From Octopus vulgaris (lineage: Eukaryota), in NCBI GenBank assembly GCA_951406725.2, contig OX597815.1, positions 196,540,001 through 196,604,000 of the forward strand: DNA of 64,000 nucleotides, read 5' to 3'. Made by a program: the position numbers and the translations under genes. Below the pieces are notes generated by a model. The model made no database searches. It was not told where the DNA came from and saw only the letters and a program-made list of their open reading frames with translations. Every line of letters begins with the position of its first letter. The first letter of the stretch is position 1. Of this stretch, positions 1 to 13,094 are shown piece after piece.

Positions 1-969
1 CAGTGCTTGGATCCCATTCGAGAAGAAGGTTTCATCTTGCTAGGCAAAAGAGTCATCGACAGCACATGTGACGTCATCATCTCTGCGATACTAGTTTTTC
101 AGGCAAGTGTTTTCACATGTTCGGAAACGGGTGATAATTAGATGAGGCCTAATCAGGAGAGTAGGGAGGATGATCAATCAGCAGGTATTGAAACCACGCA
201 CATTAGCTACCGAAACCAAAGACTAGTGTGCTGGAGCATTGTCCTGATGAAGCAATAAACCTTTTGTCGATTTTCTGGGTGTTTGATCTTGAGAGTATTT
301 TGCAACTACCTTCAGAAGCTGACATAGTACTCTCCATTGATGGTATGGCCCATTGAAGACAGTTAATAGGGGCAATTCCTTTTGCATCCCCAAAATCTGA
401 GGCCATCAATTTCCCTGCATATGAAAGACCACGGCTTTCTTTGGAGCAAGTCAAGAGAGGAGTTTCCACAGCGCATATTTTCTCATTGTCTCTGGCTCAA
501 ATTGGTGAACCTTACACTCATCCTGGCTTCGGAAATATTGAAGGAAACCAGCTGGGCCGGCCTCAAAAAATATCAGATTTTCCTGTGATGGGATCAGATT
601 AGTGTGCGTTTGATCTGGTGTTAAAAGACGTGGGACCCACTGAAACCTTGGTCACAGAAGACGTGGCGCCCACCGAAATCTTCGTGATGCCATGTTGATT
701 GTGCAGATTATTCTAAATTCTCCCACGAGATAGATAATAACATTGGATATATGATTTATTATCAATCACTGGTCATCCAGTGGAGGGAATTACTGGACTT
801 CCAGATCATTAACCATCTTCAAGACTCACCCTTCCCCTCCTAAATTCAGCTGCCCATTATTTACCTGCTGATCCTCCTCTTGTAACAACCATTTCAGTAT
901 GAATGTCGTTGGGGTTAAACCCTTTTTCTGCAGATACTTAATAACTCCATGATGCCAAATTATGTCCAT
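1..969 (-). pseudogene. Degenerate mariner (Tc1/mariner) transposase, running off the window start
   Basis: Manual minus-strand translation across frameshifts and stops gives MDIIWHHGVIKYLQKKGLTP, WAAEFRRGRVSLED, WVPRLLTPDQ, AGKLMASDFGDAKGI, LLLHQDNAPAH, PPYSPD*ASSNYHPFPNM and DDDVTCAVDDSFA*QDETFFSNGIQAL. These match the mariner WVPHEL, HDNAPAH and YSPDLAPSD motifs in the correct order. Confidence 0.92.
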
Positions 970-1209
970 TTTCAAGAGAATTCGCTACTAATTACTCTTG
1001 AAGACGTTGAACAATAACATGTCAATTTACCTGGAAGGGAAAAATGCATTAATTAATAAAATGCGTTGAAATTAATGCATGCAACGCTTTACATATCTCG
1101 CATTACTTGTTCATAGTCAGCCAATGAACAACTCTACCCAACCTATTACTTATGGTATATTTACAAAGAACATTGGACTTCTGTTTTCCATTTTCCAAAT
1201 CTGTGACTA

Positions 1210-1210
<1 letters not shown>

Positions 1211-1267
<57 letters not shown>

Positions 1268-1277
1268 ATATATATAT

Positions 1278-1337
<60 letters not shown>

Positions 1338-1361
1338 GTAGATAGATATGTGTATGTATGC

Positions 1362-1421
<60 letters not shown>

Positions 1422-1430
1422 ATATATATA
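1211..1430. repeat. Compound microsatellite (TA)n/(TAGA)n/(TG)n
   Basis: Directly visible. Representative of dozens of similar tracts that generate the spurious IYIY/THTH ORFs. Confidence 0.97.
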
Positions 1431-1440
1431 TTATTTTTAT

Positions 1441-1663
1441 TTTATTTATTTTATCTAGTTTCAGCTCAGGAGCTGTGGCCATGCTTGGGCACCGCCATTT
1501 GGTGTTGCTACAAGGTTTTTACTTCACGAATGCTTTTTAGCAATTGCCATTTGGTGACCGATGCAGCTGCCCTCATCTGAACCTCCTGCCGGGAAGTTGG
1601 TTCATCTGGGACACCCGACAGGAAGAGGTCCAGTTTTGTTTTAAAGACATCCGCATCCACCCC
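1441..1663 (-). mobile_element. 3' end of a CR1/L2-group LINE (ORF2 C-terminus plus 3' UTR)
   Basis: Minus strand reads [35 protein letters not shown], resembling the FKxxLDxxLxxxPDxP C-terminus. It is followed by the tail ggcggtgcccaagcatggccacagctcctgagctgaaac and an A-rich end. Confidence 0.75.
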
Positions 1664-1825
1664 ATGTATGTATATATACATATATATGTATTTATATATA
1701 TATATGTAGATATATATGTATGTTTATGTATATATATGTATATATGTATATATATATGTATATATGTATGTATATATATATATGTATATATATATATATG
1801 TCATATATATAGATATATATATATA

Positions 1826-2116
1826 TCACGTGATCACGTGACCGACCAGACCATCAGATGTTGTTACACATCGCTGGTCACAATGCGTTCGCATTGTTTT
1901 AGCCTTCGAATTTCGCCACCCCGCTGGCTAAGCGAGCAGGCCAATAGAAGAAAGAGTGAGAGAAAATTGTGGCGAAAGAGTACAGCAGGGATCGCCACCA
2001 CCCCCTGCCGTAGCATCGTGGAGCTTTATAAACACTCACAACGCCTGGTCTGGGAATCGAAACCGCGATGCTACGACCGCGAGTCCGCTGCCCTAACCAC
2101 TGGGCCATTGCGCCTC
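1826..2116 (-). mobile_element. tRNA-derived SINE, group B, tail variant 1 (ends ggtcggtcacgtgatcacgtgat into (TA)n)
   Basis: Head gaggcgcaatggcccagtggttagggcagcggactcgcggtcg...ggtttcgattccc carries A/B-box-like motifs and is shared with copies at 9326, 41911, 52760 and 58195. Confidence 0.88.
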
Positions 2117-2128
2117 TACATATGTATG

Positions 2129-2183
<55 letters not shown>

Positions 2184-2280
2184 ATATGTATATATATATA
2201 TGTATGTATATGTATATATGTATACATTAATGTATACAAACACACACATATACGTATGTATATATATATGTATGTATATA

Positions 2281-2333
<53 letters not shown>

Positions 2334-3403
2334 GCGTATATATATATATACATGTATGTGTGTGTTTTATGGTGCAACTACTGTACTACGAAAATTTGGG
2401 AATAAGACTTACAGATGAATGAGAAGATGCATTTCTTTAAACAGAATGCCCTTTAAATCCAAAATGTCAACGTATTTTATTAAATACTTATATCACAATG
2501 AATCTATCAACATCAAAAGAACTGACAAAGGAAATAACAGAAATAGAGAGAGGAGAAACAGAAATAGATGGAGCAAAGGAAGATAAAAACCTCATGAAGG
2601 TTTAATGTTCAGAGACCAAAATACACTAAAGTAGATGTGCGTTACGAAACATGAAAGAACACAAGACAATAAACAAAGATGAAATAGATTAAGCAATAAA
2701 ATCTAGTTCTTGAAAAACTATACCATAATGTTAGACAATTCGATAATATTAGATTCGAATATAATGGTATCGCCACTTCGATATTGATAGTGAAATTAAT
2801 AGCAATGATAAAAATAGTATTCAAATGGTACTTGGAAATTCTTACTGTTTGCAAGGTTGAGTTAAATACTCAGTTTATCAATTATAAGTATATAAAAAAG
2901 GGTCTAAATCTTTCTAGAAAGCATAAATTTATATCGTACTGAACTTGTATTATGAGAATCCAAATTAAGTACGATAAATAAGATGCATTCTGAATATGAA
3001 TAGTCATGGCATACAAATATATTTGAATAAATTTTGTAGTTTTTCTAACCATCGGAGTGATTAAAAAAATATAATATAATTATATAAAAGTATTTTTAGA
3101 AATCAACGTAAGTGAGGAATTAAAAGAATGATATACATAATGACTCCCTAGATACAACACAATATGAGAATATTTGTCGGAGAATATTAGAGCATATTTA
3201 AAAATTGTATGTGGGTGAAGAAGCCATCGTAAGCGAAATATGACTTGTCAGGAAAAGTAGGAAACATAAGAAAGAACTAGATTCAACTGCTGTAAAATAA
3301 AAGACTAGCATAGCTGTCATCAACTGAATGATTAGACTAAATATAAAGAAAATAGTTAATAATTTAGAAGATTAGAAGAAACGAGAAAATATTTAAACAA
3401 TTT

Positions 3404-3669
3404 CGTTTTTGTATTTGGTTTGCAAGATTCGTTATGTGAGTTCGTGTGTTTAAGCATATTCTGTTGTGTCTGGGAGAGACATTTTCTTTTTGTGCTTTAT
3501 AATGTAACACACTCACCGGTAAAATTTTCACTTATTTCTTATTTTTATTTTCCTAAAATTTTCGCAACGCAGCGAAAATTTTAGGAAAATAAAAATAAGA
3601 AATAAGTGGAAATTTTACCGGTGAGTGTGTTACATTATAAGGCACGAAACGAAAATGACTCTCCCCAGA
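3404..3669. mobile_element. Fold-back insertion: ~65 bp overhang plus ~200 bp hairpin, with probable 13-bp TSD
   Basis: 3469-3565 is the near-perfect reverse complement of 3572-3669. Flanks are atttaaacaattt (3391-3403) and atttgaacaattt (3669-3681). Confidence 0.85.
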
Positions 3670-3806
3670 TTTGAACAATTTTTGACGTAAAAACTAAAAT
3701 CAGATGACATAATCAAAATAATTTAAGTTGAATTATAAAAGTAAGTAACTGACTTAAAAATATGGAATTAAAAATATTAATGGCGTCAAAACACTGAATT
3801 CTAATA

Positions 3807-4034
3807 CAGGATGCGGCAGAAAGATTGCCATGATTTCAATGGTTAATTAAAAACTGACAGGGGAAGATACATAAAAAATCTTTAAATTTCTACGAAGTTC
3901 ATTAAATGCCATTTTTATCGCTTTCATGTAGTATCCATTATGGCTTGCAGTGAAGAGAATCGTTTTTTCTTGTATCTTCATATGTTTTTTTTTATCAAAC
4001 ATTGATATAGAGACAACCTTTCTGCCGCACCCTG
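3807..4034. mobile_element. Tc1/mariner-type MITE
   Basis: 23-bp imperfect TIRs caggatgcggcagaaagattgcc and gacaacctttctgccgcaccctg, with TA on both sides. Confidence 0.85.
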
Positions 4035-4334
4035 TATATGCGTGGGTGTATGTAGAGAAAGACAAAAATGAAAAATAGAATTTATATAAAATAAGTAAAA
4101 CAAATAAGGAACAGTGTTATGGGTGTTAAGAAACAACAATAAATTAATATATTAGGGGGAAAATTGAATAATATTGATAATAAGATAATCAAAAATATTA
4201 ATTACAATAGGTACTTTAGGAAATGGGAGTGATTGTGCTTCACACTTGATATTAAGGAAAATCTGTATCGTATAGGTGTTTGTCTTCCATAGTCCTTTAT
4301 TATTTTATTCTTATATTCTTTTTTTCCTATCCCT

Positions 4335-4607
4335 TTATTCTTTTATTCTTTTATTTGTTTCTGTTACTGGATTTCGGCCATGCTGGCGCATCGCCTTCAG
4401 TCAAACAATTGGATCCCAGGATTTATTTTTTATAGGCCTAGTGTTTATTTATCGGTGTATTTTACCGAATCGTTAACCTACGCGGACGTAAACACACCAA
4501 TGTCGGCTGTCAAGCGATAGCGGTGGGAAAAACACAGACACACAAACACAAACACCTGCATACATGTATACACACACATAAACACACACATACACATATA
4601 TACATAC

Positions 4608-4653
<46 letters not shown>

Positions 4654-4750
4654 GACGGGCTTCTTTCAGTTTTTGTCTGCCAAATCCACTCACAAGGCTT
4701 TGGACGGACCGAGGTTATAAGACAATTACCTAAGGTGCCACGCAGTGGGA
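4335..4750 (-). mobile_element. SINE group A, 5'-truncated, with internal microsatellite
   Basis: Shares the blocks acgacgggcttctttcagttt, caaatccactcacaaggctttgg and cggccatgctgg with the other group A copies. Confidence 0.88.
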
Positions 4751-4754
4751 ATCT

Positions 4755-5179
4755 TTTATCTTTTACTTATTTTAGTCATTAGACTGCGGCTATGCTAGAT
4801 GACCGCCTTCAAGAACTCTTAGTCGATTATATCGGAACCAATACAGCCTGATAATTATTCTATCGATCTAACTCACGGGGCCACCAACACAGGTTATCAA
4901 ACGGTGATGTGGGTACAAACACACACACACACAGGTATATATATATATGTGTGTGTGTGTCTGTGTGTATGCTTGTATGCATATATATACATATATATAT
5001 ATGTACACACACGACGGGCTTCCTTCAGTTTCCGTCTACCAAATCCACTCACAAGGGAGGCTTTTGTAGGCCTGATTCTACTGTAGGTTTCACTTGCTCA
5101 AAGTGCCGCGCCGTGGGACTGAACCCGGAATAATGTAGCTGGGATACAAGCTTCTTACCACACAGCCGTGCCTACACCT
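4755..5179 (-). mobile_element. SINE group A, diverged full-length copy in tandem with the previous one
   Basis: Same block order, ending at the head cttaccacacagccgtgcctacaccta. Confidence 0.82.
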
Positions 5180-5877
5180 ATATAATTATTAATGTTTCGT
5201 AGAAGTGCCTAAATGAAAAAAGTAACATAGTTATAATGCTAATATTGTAGGAAGAATTACAATAGAATAAAACACAATCTACTGAGTGTCACATTCAAAA
5301 TAAGAATGTGACTGTAAATTAGTATTGATATGGTTAAAGTCTAAGTTGAAAAACAGTTTCGTCTATAGACAAAGAATTATTATAATTCGTACTAAGAAAA
5401 GATAAACCACTGAAAAAGTATCATCTGTAGTCCACAGCAACAATATCAACAGCAGAAAAGCAATGAAAAGCTAAAATGCCAACACAACATTGTCTGTAAC
5501 AATCGCAACTGGTCTGATAGTGAAATCGACATACTCATTAATACATGATTCTTTGTTTGTCGGACTGAAAACAGCCGTGTTTATTTCTTAAATAACAGCC
5601 AAGAGACAGAAGTTCAGAACAAACTGAAGCAAATTAGGAGCTTCGTATCGTACCGTAATTAAATTATTTCCGCCTACCACGATGAGCCACAATGGCAAGC
5701 ACTACAACAACGGCCACATCTGCACCAAAGACAACTCCCGCGACAAAAAAAGCAGTCACAAAGACGAACAGCGCTACAGGAGCCTCTCAGTCAGTCATAC
5801 TACAATATACTTTTCACACTCTTCATCGACATCATTACCAATGCAATAACAAAACTAACAACAAATGCTAGTACTAC

Positions 5878-5878
5878 T

Positions 5879-5928
<50 letters not shown>

Positions 5929-5967
5929 TGATGATGATGATAATGATGATGATGATGATGATGATGC

Positions 5968-6056
<89 letters not shown>
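5878..6056. repeat. Compound (AAT)n-(GAT)n-(AAT)n microsatellite
   Basis: Directly visible. Confidence 0.97.
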
Positions 6057-6059
<3 letters not shown>

Positions 6060-6386
6060 CATAGCCATATGTTGAGAGGGATTCTTGGAGGTTTGAATAA
6101 TTCACCTCTGGAAACATGTTTGTTTCGTTCAACATTCTTAAACAACCCTTATTCAGGGACCTTTTGAGCTGGATGGGATACTCGACCAGAAGTAAAAATT
6201 CTAATTGGGCCCCACCTGCAAGGTCATGTGCTGTTTATCTTGACATGAGATCACCATATCGCGCACATATGGTTGTGATGCATGTGCCTGGTGTACCCTT
6301 ATCAGCCGGGTAGTCATGGTGGGTATACTGGGCTTCGTATATTTTACCCCAGTGTCACTTTGATGGCATGCACTGCTCTCTCACTC
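6057..6386 (+). mobile_element. Insertion within (AAT)n, probably the 3' end of an R4/Dong-like element
   Basis: A 330-bp unique-looking block flanked on both sides by (AAT)n. Its start reads HSHMLRGILG, weakly like the TxHxLRxxL end of the Dong ORFs in this window. Confidence 0.5.
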
Positions 6387-6421
<35 letters not shown>

Positions 6422-6559
6422 TGCGACGACGATGACAAAGACGACTACTGCTACTACTTATTGTTATTCTTTTCTTCCTTCACCTCCTCCTCCTCCTCCA
6501 CCTGCTACGACTACCCTCAGAGACCAAACCCAAACGCTCCTTTCTTTCTCTCACAATAA

Positions 6560-8445
6560 GCAATCTCAGCAACGTTTTCGTCCTCCCTCTTCCATCACCA
6601 CTGCTTCAACGTCGGCACTACCAGACTCAACTATCTTTATAACTACTAATTCTTCAACCTTAAACCAATCCTTCCTTCTACCCTCCAGCCTCCACTGACC
6701 CAGTGCTATCGAAAACAAACAAATATGAATCTAAAACTATTTACCATCCCAGTCTTCAAAATGGAAGACAAATCGCTGGCATTAAATTGCCGAGTGACCT
6801 CACTTGTCATATATTCAAATTATTTGAGAGTATTGAAATCTCGATTAACTCACTTTCTGGAAAGTTACTGCCTACCTCTTCCCAACACTGTTTTCACAAT
6901 GGCAGGATCTGCCTATAACAGCTCCTTCGTCTCTTTGAAGATATCCCTTGATGAAGATGAAGATGGCATATATCTTATCTTCATGGCCTTCGACAACGTT
7001 GATCACTATACCCTGTCAATGAAACTATCGAACATTCGAGTGTACCTAATACCTTCTGATGTGTTGTACGCTGCATGTAGTTATCGTTGATATTTGATAA
7101 AGCCCAGGAACTGTCATCAGTGACGTCCCACAATGCAGTGTACTCAGACAACAACTTTTCAGTATTTCTTTTATTTTTTTATTCTTTTACTAGTTTCAGT
7201 CATTTGACTGCGACCATGCTGGAGCACCGCCTTTAGTCGAGCAAATCGACCCCAGGACTTATTCTTTGTAAGCCTAGTACTTATTCTATCGGTCTCTTTT
7301 GCCGAACCGCTAAGTGACGGGGACATAAACACAACAGCATCGGTTGTCAAGCGATGTTGGAGGGACAAACACAGACACACATATACATATACGACGGGCT
7401 TCTTCCAGTTTCTGTCTACCACATACACTCACAATGCTTTGGTCGGCCCGAGGCTACGGTAGAAGACACTTGCCCAAGATTCCACGCAATGGGATGAACC
7501 CATGACCATGTGGTTCGTAAGCAAGCTACTTACTACACAGCCACTCCTTTGCCTATATAATAACAATATTGACATATTCAAACCCAGCGGCAGTTTAATT
7601 TTCTGTGGTGAATCTAAGCTGCTGAAGTTTGTCCATAAGGCCTGATAAAACTAACCTCCAATTGGATCTGCTTGCTGCTATCCGATGAATGGGAAAGGGC
7701 AATATGCAGCTAAACAAAAAGAATAAATTTGAATTCAGCGACATCGGTAAAGAAGCTACATTTGAGCTAGCATGCTCCCTTCACATAGACCAAAACCCCG
7801 TGGCATCAAACATCGCTAGGAGCCTCAGAGTAACTGTTTACAACTATTTAAGCTGTAGTGCCCACAGAAGCAGCAAAGTTGGCATGGTCCGCAGGACGTG
7901 CTCCTGCTTCGTCAGGATTTCTGATCCAGAGACGCTCCTACCGTTATCCTTTAATTCGCTCGCCCTCACCTTCAGTATTCTTGCCGGCTGCGGGTTCCCT
8001 ACACAAAATGAAATATAAAAATTGAAGCATTCCATATATCGATCTCGAAACGAATGGACGACATGAAAGATCTCGATTAGAGGGGTCGGCTCGAAAAGTT
8101 CAAGCTTCATTCTCTCCAATGTCACAGTGTATAATATAGAAGATATTCCAACAACATTACCTAAGTTATGTTTCCCTCAAATTTAAAATTCACTAATAGC
8201 TTGAGTCCTGTGGACATACGTCCTCTACAAATGTTATGGTCATGTCCCATCACATCACCAGACAACTATTTCACCTTAACTGGTTCCGTTTTCGTTAACA
8301 ACATAACTAGATACACCGTAGCATGAAAAAGATCTCATGACATCCAAACTGTTCTACGTCGAATATCTCCAAAGAATTCTAGAGAAACCACCTACACTGG
8401 GATATATCTCTGCAAGCAATCACACTGTACTTGAATGGGTTACGG
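6560..8445 (+). mobile_element. Degenerate CR1/L2-group LINE ORF2 (RT) remnant interrupted by a SINE
   Basis: Fragments LTCHIFKLFESI, QHCFHNGRICL, IYLIFMAFDNVDH, VPQCSVL, FCGESKL (FADDTKL-like), PHLQY and the C-terminal YLQRILEKPPTLGYISASNHTVLEW occur in the correct order. Confidence 0.85.
7170..7555 (-). mobile_element. SINE group A, full length
   Basis: tRNA-like head ggagtggctgtgtagtaagtagcttgc, CORE-like cttgggcaagtgtcttc, and tail ggcggtgctccagcatggtcgcagtcaaatgactgaaac plus A-rich end. Confidence 0.92.
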
Positions 8446-9219
8446 AGCCAAAAGAATGTCTGTGATATGAAACATCACTACATTTCCTTTTTTAGGTGTC
8501 TAAATGTATAAGAGGGTGATACCAGACAGTTAGAATGAGTGCTCAACACCTCCATGGATGAATATTGTGTCTTTGTGAGTTAAAAACGCTACCAAGAGTT
8601 TCACGTAAGGGATATCTGTTTGCATGAAACTACTGGTAGCCTTGTTAACCCACAAATACAGAATATGTATGTGCGTATACACACACACACACACATACAC
8701 ACACGCACACACACACACACACACACACATATATGTATATATGCACATGCATATGTATATACATAGTATGTTCGGAGTGTACACCTAGCTCTTCTGTTTG
8801 ACTGCAACTGTTCAGATTAGAGCACAAAGGAGATTAGCATAATCTCGTCTGCTTCCAGTCTGGTCGTTTTCCTAGTACTATACTTAGTAATATTAATGCT
8901 TGTGCAATACAGAGTAAATGCAGAAGAAATTCCGATAAATGCAAATTTATATAGTTTGTTCTTACGCGAGTATTCGTCTGTATATGACCATATGTATCTG
9001 CATGAATGTGTATTTTCATGTTTATATACATACATATATATGCATGTATGTCAATCTAAATATTGCATATAAATACATATATGTATACGTGTGTGAATGA
9101 GTGTATATGTGTATATGTGTCTGTATATGTGTCTGTATATGTACATGTTGATATGTATAGGTACATATGCATAATGCTTATATGTGTATCTCTCTCTGTC
9201 CCTCTCTCTATGCTTCTTC

Positions 9220-9585
<366 letters not shown>

Positions 9586-9589
<4 letters not shown>

Positions 9590-9860
9590 GAAATGAAGAA
9601 AATGCTGACAAAATAATTTAAGTAATTTAATTAGGTGAAAGTTCTTTTTACCGGTTGTGCATTTTTGTTATGCTTATCAAAAGATTAGAGTTCCTTTCTG
9701 ATAGATTTTTTCCTCTTATCTATCAGAAAGGAACTAAGCATAACAAATGCGCAACCGGTAAAAATAAATTTCACCTAATTAAATTACTTAAATTATTTTG
9801 TCAGCATTTTCTTCATTTCCTTTTTTATATATCACAACTCGTGTTCCACATCTCCTTTTT

Positions 9861-9862
<2 letters not shown>
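9586..9862. repeat. Fold-back hairpin (~240 bp) with overhang, embedded in (TA)n
   Basis: aaaggaaatgaagaaaatgctgacaaaataatt...gttcctttctgatagat is mirrored by atctatcagaaaggaac...aattattttgtcagcattttcttcatttccttt. Confidence 0.88.
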
Positions 9863-9928
<66 letters not shown>

Positions 9929-10519
9929 CGTATATATATATGTGTGTGTGTAATTCTATACACATACATGCACTTATGTATGTATCTATGTATTTATCAG
10001 CAAAATATTTTTTTTTGTTAATTCAAAAAATGCGGTAATTGATGGGAGTCTAAACATGTACAGTATTCCTTAATGCATTGCAACTGCAAAGCTCCAAGTT
10101 TCAGGGTTCAGTGTTACTTGTCTCCAAATATCAGCTATAAACGAGGCCTAGTTTACCTTTGAAATATCCACTGTCTGAATATTTCTTTAGAATATATAAT
10201 GAAAGTTTGAAAAAATGCTTATCTTTATATTTTTTTGTCTTTCAATTTCATAGTTTTGAATTTCTTTATCGATAATACTGCTATCAACGTCATATACGTC
10301 ATTATAAGTGAAGTCATGAAATTGATTTGCTATTTAAGCGATGTTCCAAAATAATACTTGACATTTTAAATTAATGCTTTTCATTGTGTTTATGCAGTTA
10401 TAGGTTTTGCATGAACCAGAACAGATGCATTCATTTAAGCATATATCAATAAAACTTTTCGAAACCAACATTTTTTCTTAACCAAAACGAAGTTTAAGGA
10501 GGCTTGTATTTACATAAAA

Positions 10520-10917
10520 TATACTTCTCTACGTGCATACAAGGTGTTAATAGTTCAGTTCTTTTTTCAGATTCCCGTTCCTGAATCGTAGTGTATCTAT
10601 AATATCCCAGGTAATTTTGATTTGATGAAGACTTGTCTCACATAAGAACCGTATAAACTTCGATGAATCCGTTGCACATTTTCTATAGGAGCTGGTAAAT
10701 AGGCTTTTGTGTTTGTAATAACGTTTATTTTTTTAAAAATGATTTCCGTTGTTCCGTTATATATTTTAGATTCATCATTGCTGTTTGACTCAACCATGAC
10801 AAAATATACTATCGACTTTACCAGAAAGTTACCGTCTAGTGGATTTTTCTCAGGAATTTTACAGTTGCATAATCTTTGTAGGCATTCTGTTTCTATCTCT
10901 CTGCTACACAGTTTCAT
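10520..10917 (-). pseudogene. Penelope-like element GIY-YIG endonuclease remnant (Naiad-like)
   Basis: CNCKIPEKNPLDGNFLVKSIVYFVMV...KIYNGTTEIIFKK fits the pattern CNCxxxxxCPLxGxCL..IVY..YIGxTExxFKxR. Downstream KRTELLTPCMH resembles LNKRxELxxxCRH. Confidence 0.82.
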
Positions 10918-12419
10918 AGATCTTTAATCTCTGATATTACACTCGAAATTCTTTCGAGCAGAATGGCTAACCATAGATCAAATATGCGGTGTGACCTTCG
11001 TCTAAGCGAAAAACTTTGAGTTTTGGTTCAAGGCAGGATAATTTACAAAACAAATGAGTTGCAAACTCCTTGTATGCATATTGCTAAGTATCAGTGCTTG
11101 AAGCAGCTATTTTTTCGCATATGGTTCACAAAGGCCTTCATATAAATAAACATAAGCGTTTCTAAAAATATGCATTTCATATTTCTACTGATATTCAGAC
11201 ACTGGATCTTTCTAAAGAAAACCAGTTCGTTTTATCAACTGATGACTGCAAACAATTCATTCTCTGTGCTTTAAATCTATATTTTTCAGCATCAAAATAT
11301 ATGTCTTTGTATTTAGTTCCTCCAAAATATATAAATTGACCTATGACCATGTATGTTTTATATTTGTTCATTTATGAAGTAGGTAACAACAACTAGGTTT
11401 AAGCCTATGACCAACTCGTGACACTACATTCTTGTAAATCTATTTTCCATTTCTAGCTATTGTTTCGAAAGGAGATATTTAAAAATCTTTCCCATCTTTA
11501 TGCCCCTTTCTGCTGTACATTTTGTGCTTCAATTTGCTTCTCTTTATATGTAAATATAGCATAAAGAACGGAGGCGCATTGACAGCGATTTAACTCAGGC
11601 GTTTCAAATAAACTGACACAACCAAAGTGATCAGCATTGCAATATACATATTTAATCGATCCTTGATTTGGTCGTCTAATATGCAACAGAAAGAGAAGAA
11701 TTAAGTGTCATTCAGTTCTTTTCAAAGCCAAAATGCATGTTCTTTTTATTTATGACTGAGGCATAGGATTAACTTACTTTTAATTTACTTAATGAATATT
11801 TTAAAATATTTCGTCTTTCTTTCCATCTTTTCTTTCTTTAATTTCAATCTTGCATTTTTACTCTCTTCTTTACTCTTTTTCCTCTCTCTCCCTCTCTCTC
11901 TCTCACACCCTCTCTCTCTCTCTATCTATCTCCCTCTCCCTCTTTGTCCTCTACTTTCTCCTTTTCTTTTGCTTCGTGTTCCGCTTTAACTCCCCCCGAA
12001 GTTTGCTCTCTTTCTACTTTCCTCTCAAAAACATTTATAAAAAAACCTCACCATCTATCCAACTTATACATTGGTTCTCTGTCAAATAATGCAATAAATG
12101 TTAACCTGATGATCCAGTTAAGCATCCAAACATGCTAAGGAAATACATTCTAGATTTTCAAATAACACATGGTGAAATGTACGTAGAAATGAATTATATA
12201 AATAATATCGTAATTTATCACACACACGGGCATGCACACACACAACACACACATATGTGATATTAGACATTCAAAGCTTAAATATCCCAACAGAATAGTT
12301 AGCACGTTGGCTAACTGTATTAACTTGAGTATTTAAATCAAAAGGCTACCTGCTTGATTTTGTGGTTGTTGTATATTTAAACATTTTAAAAAACGCTCAA
12401 GCGTGCACGCCATCACACA

Positions 12420-12508
12420 GTCCCGGAGTTGATCTGTTCGGCCGAAGGCGGAGCTCCAACATGGCCGCAGTAAATAACTGAAACAAATAAAAGAATAAAA
12501 GAATAAAA
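12420..12508 (+). mobile_element. SINE group A 3' tail fragment
   Basis: ggcggagctccaacatggccgcagtaaataactgaaac followed by (aaaagaat)n. Confidence 0.75.
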
Positions 12509-12698
12509 AATATAATTCATATTTCCTGAGATAACTCAATTTAAATTTGTACCAAACATTTCTATTTTATATATCCCCACATTGTTACCTAATGAACGTG
12601 TAGTGTGCAGAACATATGCTGTGATGCATTAATAATGCCTATAAATTTCCATGCGCACATTATTATTGCAATCATATATATATATATATATATATATA

Positions 12699-13094
12699 TC
12701 TTTATATATAAAAGTCAAGTTGTGTGTCTGTCTCCTACAATTTAGATTCCTAACTACCCCCACATTTTGCGGTGCAGTTTAACGAAAACCGGGTATCTTA
12801 TAGTCGTGATTCATATCGAGCCCTTCTGGGTATTAGCGTGCGTCTACGATGAGTCTACGATTTAAAAAAAAAATTACCATCATTTTTTCCATTTTAATGC
12901 ATTTTTTCGATATTATATAAGGGAAGTAACTCTCTAAAAATGTCTACGATGAGTCAACGATTTTTAAAAACATTTACCATCATTTTGTTTCTATTTTTAA
13001 TGCATTTTTTAGCTATTTTTGGCTATAAAACTCTAAAAATGCTTATATAGTTATTTCCCTTACAAACCCGAGCAGCGCCGAGCGATACTGCTAG
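12699..13094 (+). mobile_element. Non-autonomous Helitron-like element, subfamily 1
   Basis: Starts TC after A and ends CTAG before T. It has a subterminal GC hairpin (cccgagcagcgccgag), sits in (TA)n, and is homologous to 30628-31017. Confidence 0.85.

Noticed and set aside
1103-2418. Numerous ORFs rich in IY/TH/CV dipeptides (also throughout the window)
   Set aside because: They are translations of stop-free microsatellites, not genes.
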